Shown: positions 35,354 to 48,709, numbered from the whole stretch's first letter. The stretch: DNA of 61,053 bases, filler included, from Basidioascus undulatus (GCA_000826855.1; 14 parts of 14 records of this genome joined end to end with filler, not necessarily neighbours in it), one strand, 5' to 3'. Made by a program: numbers and translations. The notes: generated by a model not told the origin, from the letters alone.

Positions 35354-37028
35354 GACCAGCAGAGACGAGGGGGTGACGTGTGAATGTGTGTAAGGAGCTC
35401 AAAGTGAGAAGTGAGCGAGTCGATGGCTTCTCGCTTCGGAAGTTCGCAGGGTCGCAGTTTGACAGGCACGTTAGGGTTACCCGTAGTGACACCCATCTAT
35501 CACGCTTCACCTTCACTTTCGTCAATTGTGGAAAGGATAGCTGGACATCATAAATACGCTGGATTTGCGCCGTTCCACGTGAGTTCTTCTCGAAGCGGAG
35601 GAGGTCGGAAAGCAAAGCGATTTAGGGAGTCCAGTGCGCTGCGTTCTGCAGCGAGTGTCAGATGTCGTCGCCGCGAGCCGGGCCGATTTGCCGCGACTGA
35701 CTGACAGGCGATCACGGGTGCAATTCGTTCCCTTGCTCTTTAAGCATACTCCATCTCGCCTTACCCTTTCGCTTTCTCCCTCATCGACTACACTCATTTA
35801 CGCAATCACAAGAATAATACCCCGATAGTCCCCCCTACACCCAACGATGGATTCTCACGCGCACAGGCGGCCCTCACTCCCCTCTCTCCCGCGCGCNNNN
35901 NNNNNNNNNNNNNNNNNNNNNNNNNNNNNNNNNNNNNNNNTTAATTAATTAANNNNNNNNNNNNNNNNNNNNNNNNNNNNNNNNNNNNNNNNNNNNCGCA
36001 TCACTTCACGGTCTTGCTCGTTGTTGCTGTATACCTGCTCTCTTTCTCCTTCTCTTTTCATCAAGCGACACGACTCCGAGCTCCGACACCGACGACGACG
36101 AGAGACGCGCCACACTTTATTGGGCCCAGATCCACACCGAGCTGACTTGCATCGACGCTGCGTCATCCCATCTCGCACGCTCGCTCCGTCCCACGCTTTC
36201 TCGCTCGGCCACACCCGAGGGATCAGCGCGACGATCAGGCATCGTTCGCGTCCCGCAAACACAGCAGCTGCAACTTATCTATTCACGCCCGCTCTCGGTC
36301 TGTGAGTGATATTTCCTTCTGAAGTTTGTGTACGCAGTGGATGTGGGCGGAGTGGGAGGGCGAACTATGAACGGGGGGACGGTGCCCGTCGACGGGCCGT
36401 GTGGAGATGGGAGATGAGCAGCGCGGAGGTCGCGGTTGTTGATGTTTGGATCGCCCGCCGCCCTCACGCGCCAGACGGGCCGCTATGCCTTGCGGCAGAT
36501 GCCCTGCGCTGCGCTGGCGTATTGACACGGAGGGAGCGGTGGATGGATTGATGGCATGAGCATTCACGGCGATTCCTTTGCTCTTGCGATCCACCGAGAT
36601 GCAGCGACATTGAGCGAGTAACTAGTCCACACAGTAGCACAACGACGCTGACCCAGTATCCCTTCCCCCTGCCCTGCCCTCTTCAATCCCTTTCCGCTGC
36701 CCCTCGTGCCTGTTTGTCGCTCTCCATCCGTCCTCCATCCGCCTCACGCTGGTCAAAATACTAACGTCGTCGATCCCATCCTCACCCTCACACTCGTTTG
36801 CTCCACACGCCCACACGGCACACTACTCTCCACGACCACAGACGACCCTCTCCCCCTCGCCATCCAATCCAGAGTCGGTCCTCCCCCCGCCCTATCCACA
36901 ACGACGTCGACGATTCCCCCAACGACGCCGACGACGACCGCACCAACGACGACGACCCATCGATCGATCCCGTAGCAGTCCACTCCACCCTCGCGCAGCG
37001 ACATCCATCCTCCTAGCCTCTGTTCACC

Positions 37029-39398
37029 ATGGCCGCCTTCCTCCCGCGCCAGCCCTTCCACGCGCCCTCGTCCTCCCCGACCGACGCCCACTTCCCCACA
37101 TCCGCCTTCAGCCCGCCTTCCTCCCCGCCGCGCGAGCACGACCGCGAGCACGACGGCGGGTCCGACTCGGACGATGCGCTCGCAGACGTGTCCTTCACGT
37201 CCTCGGTCTCACTCACAAACTCGTCCCCCTCGCCCGCAAAGCCCCTCGTCCTCACCCTCCCCAACCGCCGCGTCGCGCCCGCTCCCCGTTCCTTCGGCCG
37301 CGCACTCCCCCTCAACGCACTCTCCCTTGACGACGGCGGCAGCTTCCGCGGCTCCCGTCCCCCCCGGCCTCCCATCGTCGTTGACCAGCGCGGCCGGAAA
37401 CGCGTCGGGCTCCCGGGCTTGTGGACCGCGACGAAGGAGGGGCTCACCCCACCCGCGGAGGAGATGGACGAGCTGGTGTTGCCCGCAAAGAGCAAGCGGA
37501 ATGCGGTCCTGTTCGAGAAGTCCGAGGTGCGCCTGCTCATTGTGCTCTTCTTTCCAACATCGTCCTTCTCTGCTGACACCCAACTCTTTCTGGCCACGCA
37601 GAACATCTTCCCTGCCTCCCCACCGCTCACCGCCCGGCCCAACCTCGACGTGCCGATTCCTTCATCCACCGACAGCGGCGGCGGGATGGACATCGACGTG
37701 CCCTCCCCGCAACCGTGCGCTCCCCCGCCTACGGCTCCCGCCGAGTTTGCGTCCTTCTTCCCTCCCCTGCCCCCGCTCGCCTACCGCACGCGCGCGCCCT
37801 CCGAGCCCCCCAAGCCCGACCTGTCCTCCTTCTTCTTCGACTCGACCTCCCCGCGGGACATGAAGAAGCCTCGCCTCGCCTCGGTCGAGGAGAGTCCCCT
37901 GCCGCCCACCTCCCACGCCGGCCCCTCCTCTTCATCAAGCAGCATCGGCCCCATGCGCCCCTTCCGCTCCCTCGGCCGCGGGCACAGCGCCTCGGGCGCC
38001 GCGCTCTTCGGCGAGCGCGGCAACAACGCAAAGTCCGCGCCCTCGCGGGACCGGCCCAACTCGCGCGGCGGGGCGTCCTCGAAGCGCGCCTCGCGCCCGC
38101 AGCTCCCCTCGTTCGAACAAGGGCTCGAGTCGTCCTTCCCCGTCATCGACTCGCCCGTCCAGCCGCCCACCGTGCCGACCTCGCCCGACTCCCCGCCCCG
38201 CGCGCCTACACAGCCCTCCTTCCGCCGCGCGTTCTCCCTTGCCGCCCCCATCCCCGTCCCCGGCCTCGAGAGCCCCGGCCTCGACTCCAGCCCGTGCGCG
38301 GACGCCTCGCCCTGCTACCGGCCCCTTAGCCAGCCGCCCCTGCGCCTCGCACCGCCTGAGCAGCCGCCTGCGGCAGGCATCAGCCCGCGCGGGCTGCAGA
38401 TGCCCGGCTTCGGCCACACGGAGAAGGAGGGGAAGTTGCTTGACTGCTTCAGCGTCAAGGACGATGGCCTGATGCGCATCAGTCCCGATACGGTTCGTCC
38501 TCGTTCACTTCCTTCTTTTCCTCTTGTTCACCCGTTAAATCCACTCCGCGCCCCACAGCTCCACAACCTCATCACCTCGCCCCTGCCCTCCTCCATCTCC
38601 CGCCTGCACCTCATCGACTGCCGCTTCCCGTACGAGTACGCGGGCGGGCACCTCCCCGGCGCGGTCAACCTGGGCACACTCGAGGCCGTCGAGAAGCACT
38701 TCCTCATCCCGAAAAAGGGCGTCAACGCGCTCCGCTTGGAAAGGGAGATGCCCCAGCCCGCGACGAGCAAGGAGTACCCCCAGGACGCGAAGCGCGAGGT
38801 CATCGTCTTCCACTGCGAATTTTCGCACATGCGCGCGCCGACGCTGTGAGCCCATCATTCCCACCCTCTCTTCCTCCGTCCACCTCGCTGACGCAAAGGC
38901 ATGGTGCGTGAGTACAGTGCTAAGCATCTCCGCTCGCTGGACCGCAACCGCAACGAATACCCTAAGGTGTTCTACCCGGAGGTGTACATCCTGCACGGCG
39001 GATACGCGGGCTTCTACAAGAAGTTCAAGGTGTGTTCTCTCCCCGCCCTCCCTGTCCAGCTAGCTTGCTCATCCCTTCCTCCTTCTACGCAGTCCGACGC
39101 CCTCCCCCTGACTTACACGCCGATGAACGCGACGTCGCACATCTCGGCATGCGAGGCGCACCTGACGTCGTTCGAGCGCTCCAAGCGGCCCGCAACGTTC
39201 GGCACGGGCGCAACGGGGCGCGCGCGCTCGTTCACGTTCACCGCGCGCCGCCCCGTGCTCGCGGGCGTCGGCGAGGAGCCGACCGACAGCGACGCGAGCT
39301 ACAGCAGCGGCGTGGACGCGAGCCCGTGCGCGGCGGGCGCATTCGGGCGCACGCGCAGCTACGGGCGCATCATGGGCCTCGGGATGGGGATGTGCTAG
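37029..39398 (+). CDS. MIH1: M-phase inducer phosphatase (Cdc25/Mih1, rhodanese fold)
   Basis: An SP/TP-rich N-terminus precedes DGLMRISPDT, IDCRFPYEYAGGH, the active site HCEFSHMRAP (CX5R) and YPEVYILHGGY. Four introns, stop at 39396-39398. Confidence 0.93.
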
Positions 39399-42019
39399 TG
39401 CTAGTGCTCGTCACCGGCAACGGCCTCACTCCTCCCTTGCCACCTCCTTCACGACCCCCCTCCTTCCCTCCGTCCTTACGCCCTCATTACGTCGCTTCGC
39501 CCCCGCTACCGCTACCGATCGATCCCCTCACGCCTACACCACGCCCAGCCCCTGACCGGCAATCCGCTCGCTCTATGTTCAACCCCCGAACGCACACACA
39601 CGCACGCCCGCTACGCACACACAGCTCGCCAAGCGACACACGCTCTTTTATGCCCTGCCCACACCTCCTCTCCGTACCACCACGCTCCATATGGACACTC
39701 GCTCTCCTCCATCCCTTCCTCTCTTGCTAGCTAGTCTTGGAACCTTCTTCGCATATCGAACACTTTTCTCGACTTCACTTTGTTTTTATCCTCCCAGGTT
39801 TTCCCGCTTTCCATACGGACCTTCCCATTCTCTTCGTGCACATCCAACATTGTCGTTCGCCTCGCATCTCGTTCCGTTTTGCATTCATACACACATATCA
39901 TTTCATTTTCCATCACACACGTAGCATAGCATATCATCCCCATCCTCAATTCGAAATGTTCTCGTTTCTCGCTCTTGTCCCATTTGTTCCGAACTGTTTG
40001 TTACCCTCTTCATTTTCTCTCTCACCCTCGACCAACTCTGGCTCTTCTTTCTTCTTCGTTCCCACACTCGCCCACGACGACGACCTCACATGNNNNNNNN
40101 NNNNNNNNNNNNNNNNNNNNNNNNNNNNNNNNNNNNTTAATTAATTAANNNNNNNNNNNNNNNNNNNNNNNNNNNNNNNNNNNNNNNNNNNNAAGGCCTC
40201 ACCGTCATGCCCCCCAACGACGCTGCGGTATTCATCCGCCTGCTCAAGAAGGGGGCGCTGGGGGCGGTGGGAGGAAACGGAAAAAGAACGGCCCCGGCGC
40301 GGGGGGGGGGCCGAGCAACAAGAAGAAGGACACGCGTGCAGAAAAACCGTGCAGGTTCTGGAACGGCTCGCCTGGATCGTAAGACCATCTCGTCTTCCGT
40401 CTGCGGGAAGCTCACAGACGCCGCCGTCCTTCTCACGGGCGTTGATGAAGGGTCCGGAAGCCCCCATAGCGGACCCTGAGGCGCAGGGCGGCGGCGGCGG
40501 CGAGTTTCCCGCGGTGCCACATGGTTGAAGAACCGAGAACTGATTGTATTGGTGGCTTCCGCAATCCTGCATCGCCTTACGTAACAGATGTTACAATGGA
40601 AGGTTCGTTTTAATCCTTGTCCTACTCTATAGCGTCAATAATGTAACTGACTCGACAACCACGGACAGCAACTGTCCATGGCGGCATGTCTGAATGTCTT
40701 CGCCGTGGAGTCCCAGCCATCTGCACTTTTTTCGTCTTTTTCGGGCTTCGTTTTTCCTAGCATAGCATCATCCTCCATATTTTCTCAGCCATTCCTGCGT
40801 TCCCTTTACTAGTTCAGCTAGCTACCCTCGCCTTCCGTTCGTCTCCCGCGCATTCCCTCCCTCGCATAGATAGCAGCATCCCCCCCCCACACACGCACAC
40901 ACGCACAGCATCGAAGCATCGCATCGTCGCATCATGTCGTTGGACGCGTCCGCCTGCCAGATGCAAACACGAGAACGCGAGATGAAACTCCGAACTGGCT
41001 AGATAGCGGGACGCCGTGCGCGGGACAAAGGGGGTGTTGCATCTTTTCTTTTGTGTGCATGCGACGATCCGGTCGCTGTCCTGAGCTGCGCCGCGGTGTC
41101 ACGGAAAATTTGCCCGCTGGACGGGAAAGGGATGGGGTGGACGGAAATCTAGGCTACGAGTCTGCCTGTCGGTAGCAGTATGCCTAGAGATTCCTGATTG
41201 TTCATAAGAGAGTGCCGTGTGGTTGCGGCTGGACTGACTTCGTCAGATGACGAGACTGTGACCGTGACTGCAGGCTCTTGGCAATTCTCTTGTTGGCGTC
41301 GGGGCAGCTGCATTGAACTGACACCAGCGTGGCTGTGGGGCCCATTTAACCGGATAACGGAATACAACAAATTGGCCTTTGGATACTCACCAGTATGCGC
41401 TACACTGAACCAGAGGAGGCCCGTTAGATCGGCCGGGAAACCGTAGCATTTCCCAGTCCGTGAAGCTGGTATTCATAGCATGGGAACGGAGATGTCTTCC
41501 CCAAGATTTCAAGAATTGTTTGTAATTTGTAACTATACATGAGGCTATGCACTCAGACTGATGTCGGGTGGGTGCGGGCTGTGACTGCCGGTGGATCTGG
41601 TGGTCCTGTTGTCGGCGGGGCCAGCTGTCCCGACGACAGACTGGTCAGGTGGATCTCAAACGCATAAAGAGGATGAAGATAGCTGCTTTTTGTGTGGGTA
41701 TTTTTCATCAGGAGCTATGTCGAAGGGGAGGATATCCGGTTTCGGGAAGTAGCGAGCAGCATTTCGCATTGCGTCATTAAGGTGCGCATGGGGTCGTAGC
41801 CTGCGATTGCGACGTCTCTCGAGCCAAGCTTTCAGAAAGTTGCATATTTAACCAAATACCTTAACAAAGAGTAAAGATTGCGCAATCAGCCTAGTGTGCG
41901 GCGAAGATGGGGTACTTGAGCAGTAAGTACAGGCGTCAATTATCACGAACTTCGGGTGGGGTATTGAAATGGGATTAACAGCTTTTAAAGCTTTTTAACA
42001 TATTCCATCCGAAGGGGGG

Positions 42020-43200
42020 TTTGAAATGATTGTGGAAAGGGGGTCTTGCTTTTCAATCGCCATTGGAAACCTATTGAAATTCCATTGCAATGTCATTCCA
42101 AATGGTTTTCCTCTTGATTGGAAATCCGCACAATCCTTTCAATAAAGAATGCCAGGAAAGAGGGAAATTTTGATGCTTCGGTTGTTCCTCCTTTGGGCTT
42201 CTTGCTCTCCCCAGCTGATGTTCCCAGCCATTTTGCTTTGTTTGTTGGAGCTGCTGTTCAAGGCCATAAATTTAAGAAACTTACTTATGATTCAATCTAT
42301 CAACCTTTGTACCAAGTTCAGTCTGGATATTTATCATTGCTCTAACCGCGCCTCTAAGACGGGCAGTTTCTGAGGCGATCTTATCAGCACATTTGGGCAA
42401 GGCTCCCTGCAGCAAGTCTATTACTGCATGAACTTGAGCATCCAAGCACCATATGTTATGCTTAATAAATAAACTCTAGTTCTATGGCGGTACCCGTCAC
42501 TATTTCCACTCTGTTATTAGAACTTTACGCAGCCTCAAGATTCTTGGATCAGAGTGCCCAAGCATCTGAAAGTCTTCCTCCTGTAACAAAGCCTAGGGAG
42601 TCTTTTAGTGACTATATTCCAAACACTTTCAAAGTCAGATGCAAAGGATCTGCAGTATGTGAGACATGAAGGAACACACCTCAGGCCCAATCTCCGCGGA
42701 TGATGGATGTCCTATAAGCTAGTCTTCAAAGCCACTTAGGTGTACACTATATTCAGTGTTAATAAAATGTGTAAGTATTTGGAAATTCGAATAGATCGAT
42801 ACCATCAGTCGCTTACAGAAGAGACACATGTTTCTGCTCCCAGAGTGCGCAACAAGGCCACGCTTGCATGATCCTGTCGAGTCGCCATGTATGGACAGCT
42901 GGGCACTATGCTGTTCACACCTGAAAATTTTGAGATATTGAATTTGGTTACGACATAGAGATCATTTTGGCTGTGTATGCTAGATTCACATTGAATTTCC
43001 TACGCGTACACAATGTAATCAATGGTCGAAGGTATCATTTCTGATGGGTTCACGATACATTCAATAGGAACTCAATAAACAGGGAGGTTAGCAACACATT
43101 TCCATGAGAACTGCCATTTCTACATCGATTTTCCATCAAGGGGGTTTCCCCCAAGTTTCCCACAGCTTGAGGGGTTTTCAACCACTACAACCATTTCAAA
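42020..43200. mobile_element. Possible decayed TIR transposon relic
   Basis: AT-rich block with no long ORF, bounded by a 14/16 inverted match: TTTGAAATGATTGTGG (42020-42035) vs CTACAACCATTTCAAA (43185-43200). Related TTGAAAT words lie near the left end. Confidence 0.3.
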
Positions 43201-43730
43201 GCATCGGCCAACTTCCGGACTAAAGTACTCTCCTCACTGCGTTGTCATACCTCGCACGCCGCATTGGGTCTCCCTTGACCTATGAAGCTGAAATACAAAC
43301 ATAATCGTTTATATAGACTTCCACGGCCTGGCAAAACACTAACTGAAAATGTTGACCGTCCCTCAGCTTACATCGACCAAAGTCAAAGTTCAAACGCACT
43401 GCAAGGCAACGCGCCGGGGAGCAGGTAGCGAGGTGCAGGTTCTGACTCTTCTGTCACTGAATGCCTTTTCATTCATACCTGCATGTTTTCCTTGGGTCCC
43501 CGAATGTATAAGGGCGTGGCAAGCAGGACGGATGGGAAACGAGCCTTCGTGGTGAAAGGGAATCGACTGGCGCTGCCAGCAACTGCCCGCGTCCCTATTG
43601 GTTCTTACTGTGTTCTTACCTTGTCCGGTCCTTGAGCCGCATGCTCGGAAAGCACTCTGTACACTTTTGAGGATTTAAATCTATATACGCCGACCGCTGA
43701 GTGAGCAGATGGACTGGAACTAGTCTGGAG

Positions 43731-43737
43731 TATATAG
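43731..43737 (+). promoter_or_regulatory. Candidate TATA box
   Basis: TATATAG sits at the AT-to-GC transition, about 310 nt upstream of the ATG at 44043. Confidence 0.35.
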
Positions 43738-44042
43738 GGTTCGAGGCCGCCAGCTGTCGAGGTCGCGCGACACTCTTGACAGCCCTCGGCTTATGGACGC
43801 GCTGCTGCGTCGCTCTCGCTCTTGTTCGTTCGTTCGTTCGCCTCGTCGTTGGGGCTTGCTTGCTCGCCGTTGTACACGTCGTCAACGCTGTACGTCGGCA
43901 CACGTCCGGCCAACCACCTACGGCGGCCCTTTCATCTTCCCCGACGCTGCTCCTGCCCCCGCCCCCCGACGCCTGACGCGTGCTCGGCGCGCCCCGACCC
44001 CCGACTCGACCGACGCCGACGACGAGGACACGTACGCGCTGA

Positions 44043-44286
44043 ATGAGCCAGCTGGGCCCACAGGCGGACACTCACCCTCAGCAGCAGCAGCCATACGGAT
44101 ACGCCGCCCCCCAGCCGCCGCCGTCCCCGCGCACGGCAGCTGCGGTCCTCCAGTCCAGACGCTCAGCCGCGATGCAGGCGCAGCAGCAGACGCCCCAGCA
44201 GACGCCCCAGCAGCAGCCCCCACACGGCCCCCCTCCACTACAACAGCAACCACCACAATCACAGCAACATCCCCCGCCTCCCCCGC
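44043..44286 (+). CDS. N-terminus of a Gln/Pro-rich protein
   Basis: MSQLGPQADTHPQQQQPYGY... runs off the contig. Confidence 0.5.
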
Positions 44287-44949
44287 NNNNNNNNNNNNNN
44301 NNNNNNNNNNNNNNNNNNNNNNNNNNNNNNTTAATTAATTAANNNNNNNNNNNNNNNNNNNNNNNNNNNNNNNNNNNNNNNNNNNNGTTGATACAGATCA
44401 GAAGAGGGCCGGGAGAAATGAGGGTCAGAGTGAGGGAAGTGCGAGGACTTTAGGCCGGACTTTAGGCTTTGGCCTTTTTTCGTGCTGGGTTGATGCATGA
44501 TAGTTTCGAATGTTGCTGCAAGTTGTAAGCGCCATACTCCCGCAGTCTTGAACACTGTACATTGAAAGGTTCCAAAGCGAGTAACACACAACTATCCCCA
44601 GTTTATGCTCGGCTGGGCCGGTGGCGTGCGCAAAGTTGTGTCGGTGTACCGCAGTTGACGCAGAGTACGGCTGGTCCACGATGACTTGACAAAACAAGAG
44701 TACATACTACTGTACCTTGTCAAGGTTAGTAAGGGTAAGAAAAACTGAGATACCAATTGGCAAGAGTTCCAAAGTCCATCGTTGAAGAGCTGCGCAGATA
44801 ACATCAAGTCTGTCGGACAGTATACGCTAAGATTACAGCGGAGGAGCTGCAACGTTGAACTTGACCCTTCACGCCTCAGCTGCCACCATTACAAACTACA
44901 GAACGGCGGAGCATCCCATCCTGCAATGCGCAGGCGCGAAACGGTCCTG

Positions 44950-47292
44950 TACGCTCTCTGAAAGTCCGGATCGATTGAAACGGCGCGACGTGGATACAGG
45001 GTTGATGAGGATCAGAATGGGTATCTAAACGAGCACATTTACTGGTCCGTCTTGTTCATGAACTCGATGTTCTTCACCTCCCGCTCACGCTCCAGGCCCT
45101 TCGCAACAAGCGCTGCATTGCGTTGTTTGTTCCACAGAGCATGCAGGAGCCAGATGCCGGCGAGTGAGGCAGCGTACGCCGAAGCTGACAAGGACTGTCG
45201 TAAATAAGAGTGAGTATATAAGGCCTTTCTGACTTCAAGAAGGAAAACAGACTCTAGGACAACGCGATCACGCACTTGGCCGGCGTATAAGCGGGCGCAT
45301 CTTCCGCGGAAGACGGACGGTAGCTCAGGCATCAGCGAAGTTTCCATATGGACTCAAGAAATTTAACCTACCTGAGTTCCCACCACGTTACAAACAGGGT
45401 AGAACACCTGGTAGACGACGTAAAAGACGATGCGCTGCATGTAGCCAGCGCTCATTGCCGCCATCTGGACCTCTCAGCCATCAGCACGGTCACCGCTGCT
45501 CCAAACAGCAACGCAACGGCTCACCCATGAGAGTACGTAGACAACAGCCACTGTCCACCAGAAAATTAAACAATACCCGGCAAAGCGAACGTTGCGCTCG
45601 CTGTAAGGCGGGGCAATTATCATGGTCGCGCCCACGGTGGCAATGGCGAGGACGGCGAGGGCGGGCGCGATGCGGGTATTGGTCTGCCGTGAAATGAACC
45701 AGCCGCAGAACACTGCCACCAGCTCGGATGCGCCGGTATACACGCCCAGAAGAAGTGTAGTCAGGTTGTCGTAACCGAAGCCTGCGGGACGCCCAAATGT
45801 CAGATAACGCCAGCGAGAGGAGACGCCGATGGCACGCTGAAGCGAAACGCGCGCAAAAAATTGAGAATCGAAGGGCTTTCCTCACCCTGGATAATGATGG
45901 CTCCGAAAGCGGAAACTCCACCTGGACCGTAAGAGGCACTCCAATGATAGCATTCACGACATATCTAGAAGCAACGCACCGTTTGGAATGCCTGCGCAGA
46001 TAATCGCAAGGGCAACGAGGTAGAGCTGAGGGTTCCGCAGAGCCTCCCACACTTGATACCTTTCGAAATTAAAAGCGACAGTGCCCGTCTTGTTGGCTCG
46101 TATCCGCTTTAGCGCGATCACACGCTCCGTAGGCGAACAAGAACCAAGCATCGGCAGGCGAGTCGGGGAGTAGCAGCACGGAGAGCCGAAGGCCACGGTG
46201 ATTAATCCCATTATGAGGAAGAATATCTACCCAATCCACAAGTCAGGACCAAGTCTGTTGATAAGCAAACTGCGCATTCGTAGCTGCCACTGTGCGAGCA
46301 CATCACTATGGACGTTCTTCATAATGCCGTACGCCATCGCGCCTCCCAGAATCTGTGAACCAGAATTATGGAAAGTAATTCGATGAGTTTATTTTGCAGA
46401 GAGAAGTGAGGGTGGTCTTCAGTTACGCACCTACGCAACGCCGACCGAGCCGAACCAGATGGAGACCTGGGCCGTCTTTTCCTCTGGACGGTACCACATC
46501 CCCGTAATGGCTGTAAATGCGGGAACCATAACAGACGCGCTTATGCCGAGGAGGGGTCGGAGAGCGACGAGCCCGCATAGTTGTGGGCGGGGGCGTGACA
46601 AGCGAGCACGGCGCCCCAGAGGACGAGCGCGACGCCGACGTGCAAGCGCAAACAGGCGCTGAAGAAGGTACCTCGTCGGAATTTGCCAGCCGAGGTAGTC
46701 CTGAGATGGGGTCAGTAGTCGGCGTCTAGAATGGAGGCGGACATCACGTACAAGTAGAAAACGGAACCTGCAAAAGGGTTGGCGTAAAAACTGGCGTTTG
46801 CCTCGGACAGAGTGGAGAACGATACCGTACCGGGCCACGCAGACTGCTGTCCTTTCAGATTGGCATCTTCTTGAATGCCCATCGCTGTGTAGTCCGGTCT
46901 AAGGATTGAGATACAACTGGATGCAGTTGACAAGGCACGTACAGTTTTCATACGACAGCGTCGTCTTGTCGAGGTACTGGAGCACGTTTGCGCTGGCCAG
47001 GGATCCTGCTCGTCCAAAAACCAGCAGTAAGCAAGACCCGATGACCGTCAAGTTGCTCAAGGGGTGGATGAACGTACGGCATGAGCAGCATGTCAATCTT
47101 TAGCACCCGCCGTTCGGCTTCGGGATCGATTGCCTCAGCTGTGAAGGCCTCGTGCTCAAGCAATTCAAAGAGCCCGGTCGGCTTTCCCCAAGGTATGACC
47201 TCGGCTACGGAAGAGTGGAGAATGTCTTCAGCTTCAGTCTCAACGGAGCGTGGCATAACTTTTAGATGCTCACACAGTCGCGTTCGAGACAT
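44950..47292 (-). pseudogene. MFS transporter, allantoate permease (Dal5/ACS) family, disabled
   Basis: LQYLDKTTLSY, AMGIQEDANLKGQQ, ITGMWYRPEE, IRANKTG...QVWEALRNPQ, AGIPNG, GFGYDNLTTLLL and EFMNKTD. In-frame TAG at 46227-46229 and paired frameshifts at about 46138-46190. The 3' end is approximate. Confidence 0.8.
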
Positions 47293-47999
47293 GGCCTTTC
47301 TCGAAGTTCAAGTCTGGTTCACTCTTGGACGACGTTATTTGGTATGATATGGGGGCAGGATTAAGAGTTCAGGGATGAGCTTGAGGCGGAGAGGGGCGGG
47401 AGATATATACGACACAAAGGGTTTTAGGGCCACGCATGAAGAAGTTGTACGTCTTTGGTGAGTTCCCATGACTGCCCAGGAAGTCGGAAAGATAGGCGGA
47501 CAACTGTACAGGAACAACTTGAGCCGGAGCGACGGTCTCCGTCGGCTCCGCTGCAGCTCCTCTCATCAATCGTCCTCTCGAGTCTCGCTGACAAGAGAAC
47601 TGATAAGCCAGAGCAGGGCACGGCCGCCTGACAGTGGGAGAACGTCGCAGCTGCATTGCCTATGAAATTGAGTATATACAATATCTCAAGGCTATCTGGT
47701 TTGTTCTGGTCGCTGAGTTATGTTGAACCTGGCCGCAGGCTTGCGCCGGCTCCGGCGCAACGAAGCAGCATGTGCGGTTTCGCTTCCCGAAGCCTTGCTG
47801 GGTCCATGTCGCATTTGAGTCCTCTTCCGGTGCGTTCTTCACTTGGAACTTCACTGTATCTCAACTCTCTGCAAAGCGCTTCATACCAACGCGTCTCCCA
47901 GCATACCGACAGCGCTGCTTAGTCCGCCGTCTCGACCATCCGCTCTGATATTACCACGAGCATTACCGCTTCCGTCGCCTCCACTATTCACCCTACCAC

Positions 48000-48480
48000 C
48001 TCAACCGATGCTGTATCCTCTCCGCCGAGTGCCACGGTCCTCTCACGGGCGTTGATGACGTGCTCTCCACCGCGGAGGGAGGGCCGGTCAAGACTTCCGT
48101 CGACCTTGCGCCGCTCGGCAAGCTCCATGTCTGGCGCAACCCAGACGGGACGACTCAGTTCTTCAGGGTACCGTATGCAGATTACTCGGCACGTTTCCAT
48201 AACTCGACGGAGGTCACCTCGTGGCCGAACGGGGAGTAGGATGCGATTCGCCTTGGGTTCGTCTGACTTCGAGCACGCCAGCTTGCGCATGCTACATATG
48301 CTGATGACTGATAATGAGCAACATATGCACAGAACTAACTCGGCTCAACCTAAGCGTCCGTTCTATCCCTTTCAGATGCCGGAGCGCCCGCATCTCGCTG
48401 TTCAATCATTTCCAGCGTTGGTCTGAATCACACGCTTAAAGTTGAACCGGAACCGAAGACTCTTGTACTCCTCCGAGCTC
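48000..48480 (+). pseudogene. Type-B carboxylesterase-like N-terminus with premature stop
   Basis: The frame from 48000, absent from the ORF track, reads TSVDLAPLGKLHVWRNPDGTTQFFRVPYADYSARF...GE*DAIRL with TAG at 48237-48239. A corrupted EDCLYL-like word lies near 48455. Confidence 0.45.
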
Positions 48481-48580
48481 NNNNNNNNNNNNNNNNNNNN
48501 NNNNNNNNNNNNNNNNNNNNNNNNTTAATTAATTAANNNNNNNNNNNNNNNNNNNNNNNNNNNNNNNNNNNNNNNNNNNN

Positions 48581-48709
48581 CGGGGCGGGGGGGCAGATGT
48601 CGGAGGAGGAGGACCAGGTGTATTGCCCTTCGGGCGCGACGCAGGTATCTGTTGCTGGCGCGGGGGATGCCGCTAGAGCCGCTGCTGCGTTTGCTATTTG
48701 GGTAGCCAT
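48581..48709 (-). CDS. N-terminus of a CreC-like WD40 protein
   Basis: ATG at 48709. DTCVAPEGQYT resembles the VAPEGxY motif that opens basidiomycete CreC homologues. Only 43 codons are visible. Confidence 0.45.

Noticed and set aside
35997..37028. Long CDC25 upstream region with (GAC)n tracts and short ORFs
   Set aside because: Low-complexity leader or promoter sequence. No supportable uORF or ncRNA without transcript data.
7909..48239. In-frame stops as evidence for an alternative genetic code or readthrough
   Set aside because: They occur only in genes that also show other damage, while intact genes use TAA, TAG and TGA as normal terminators.
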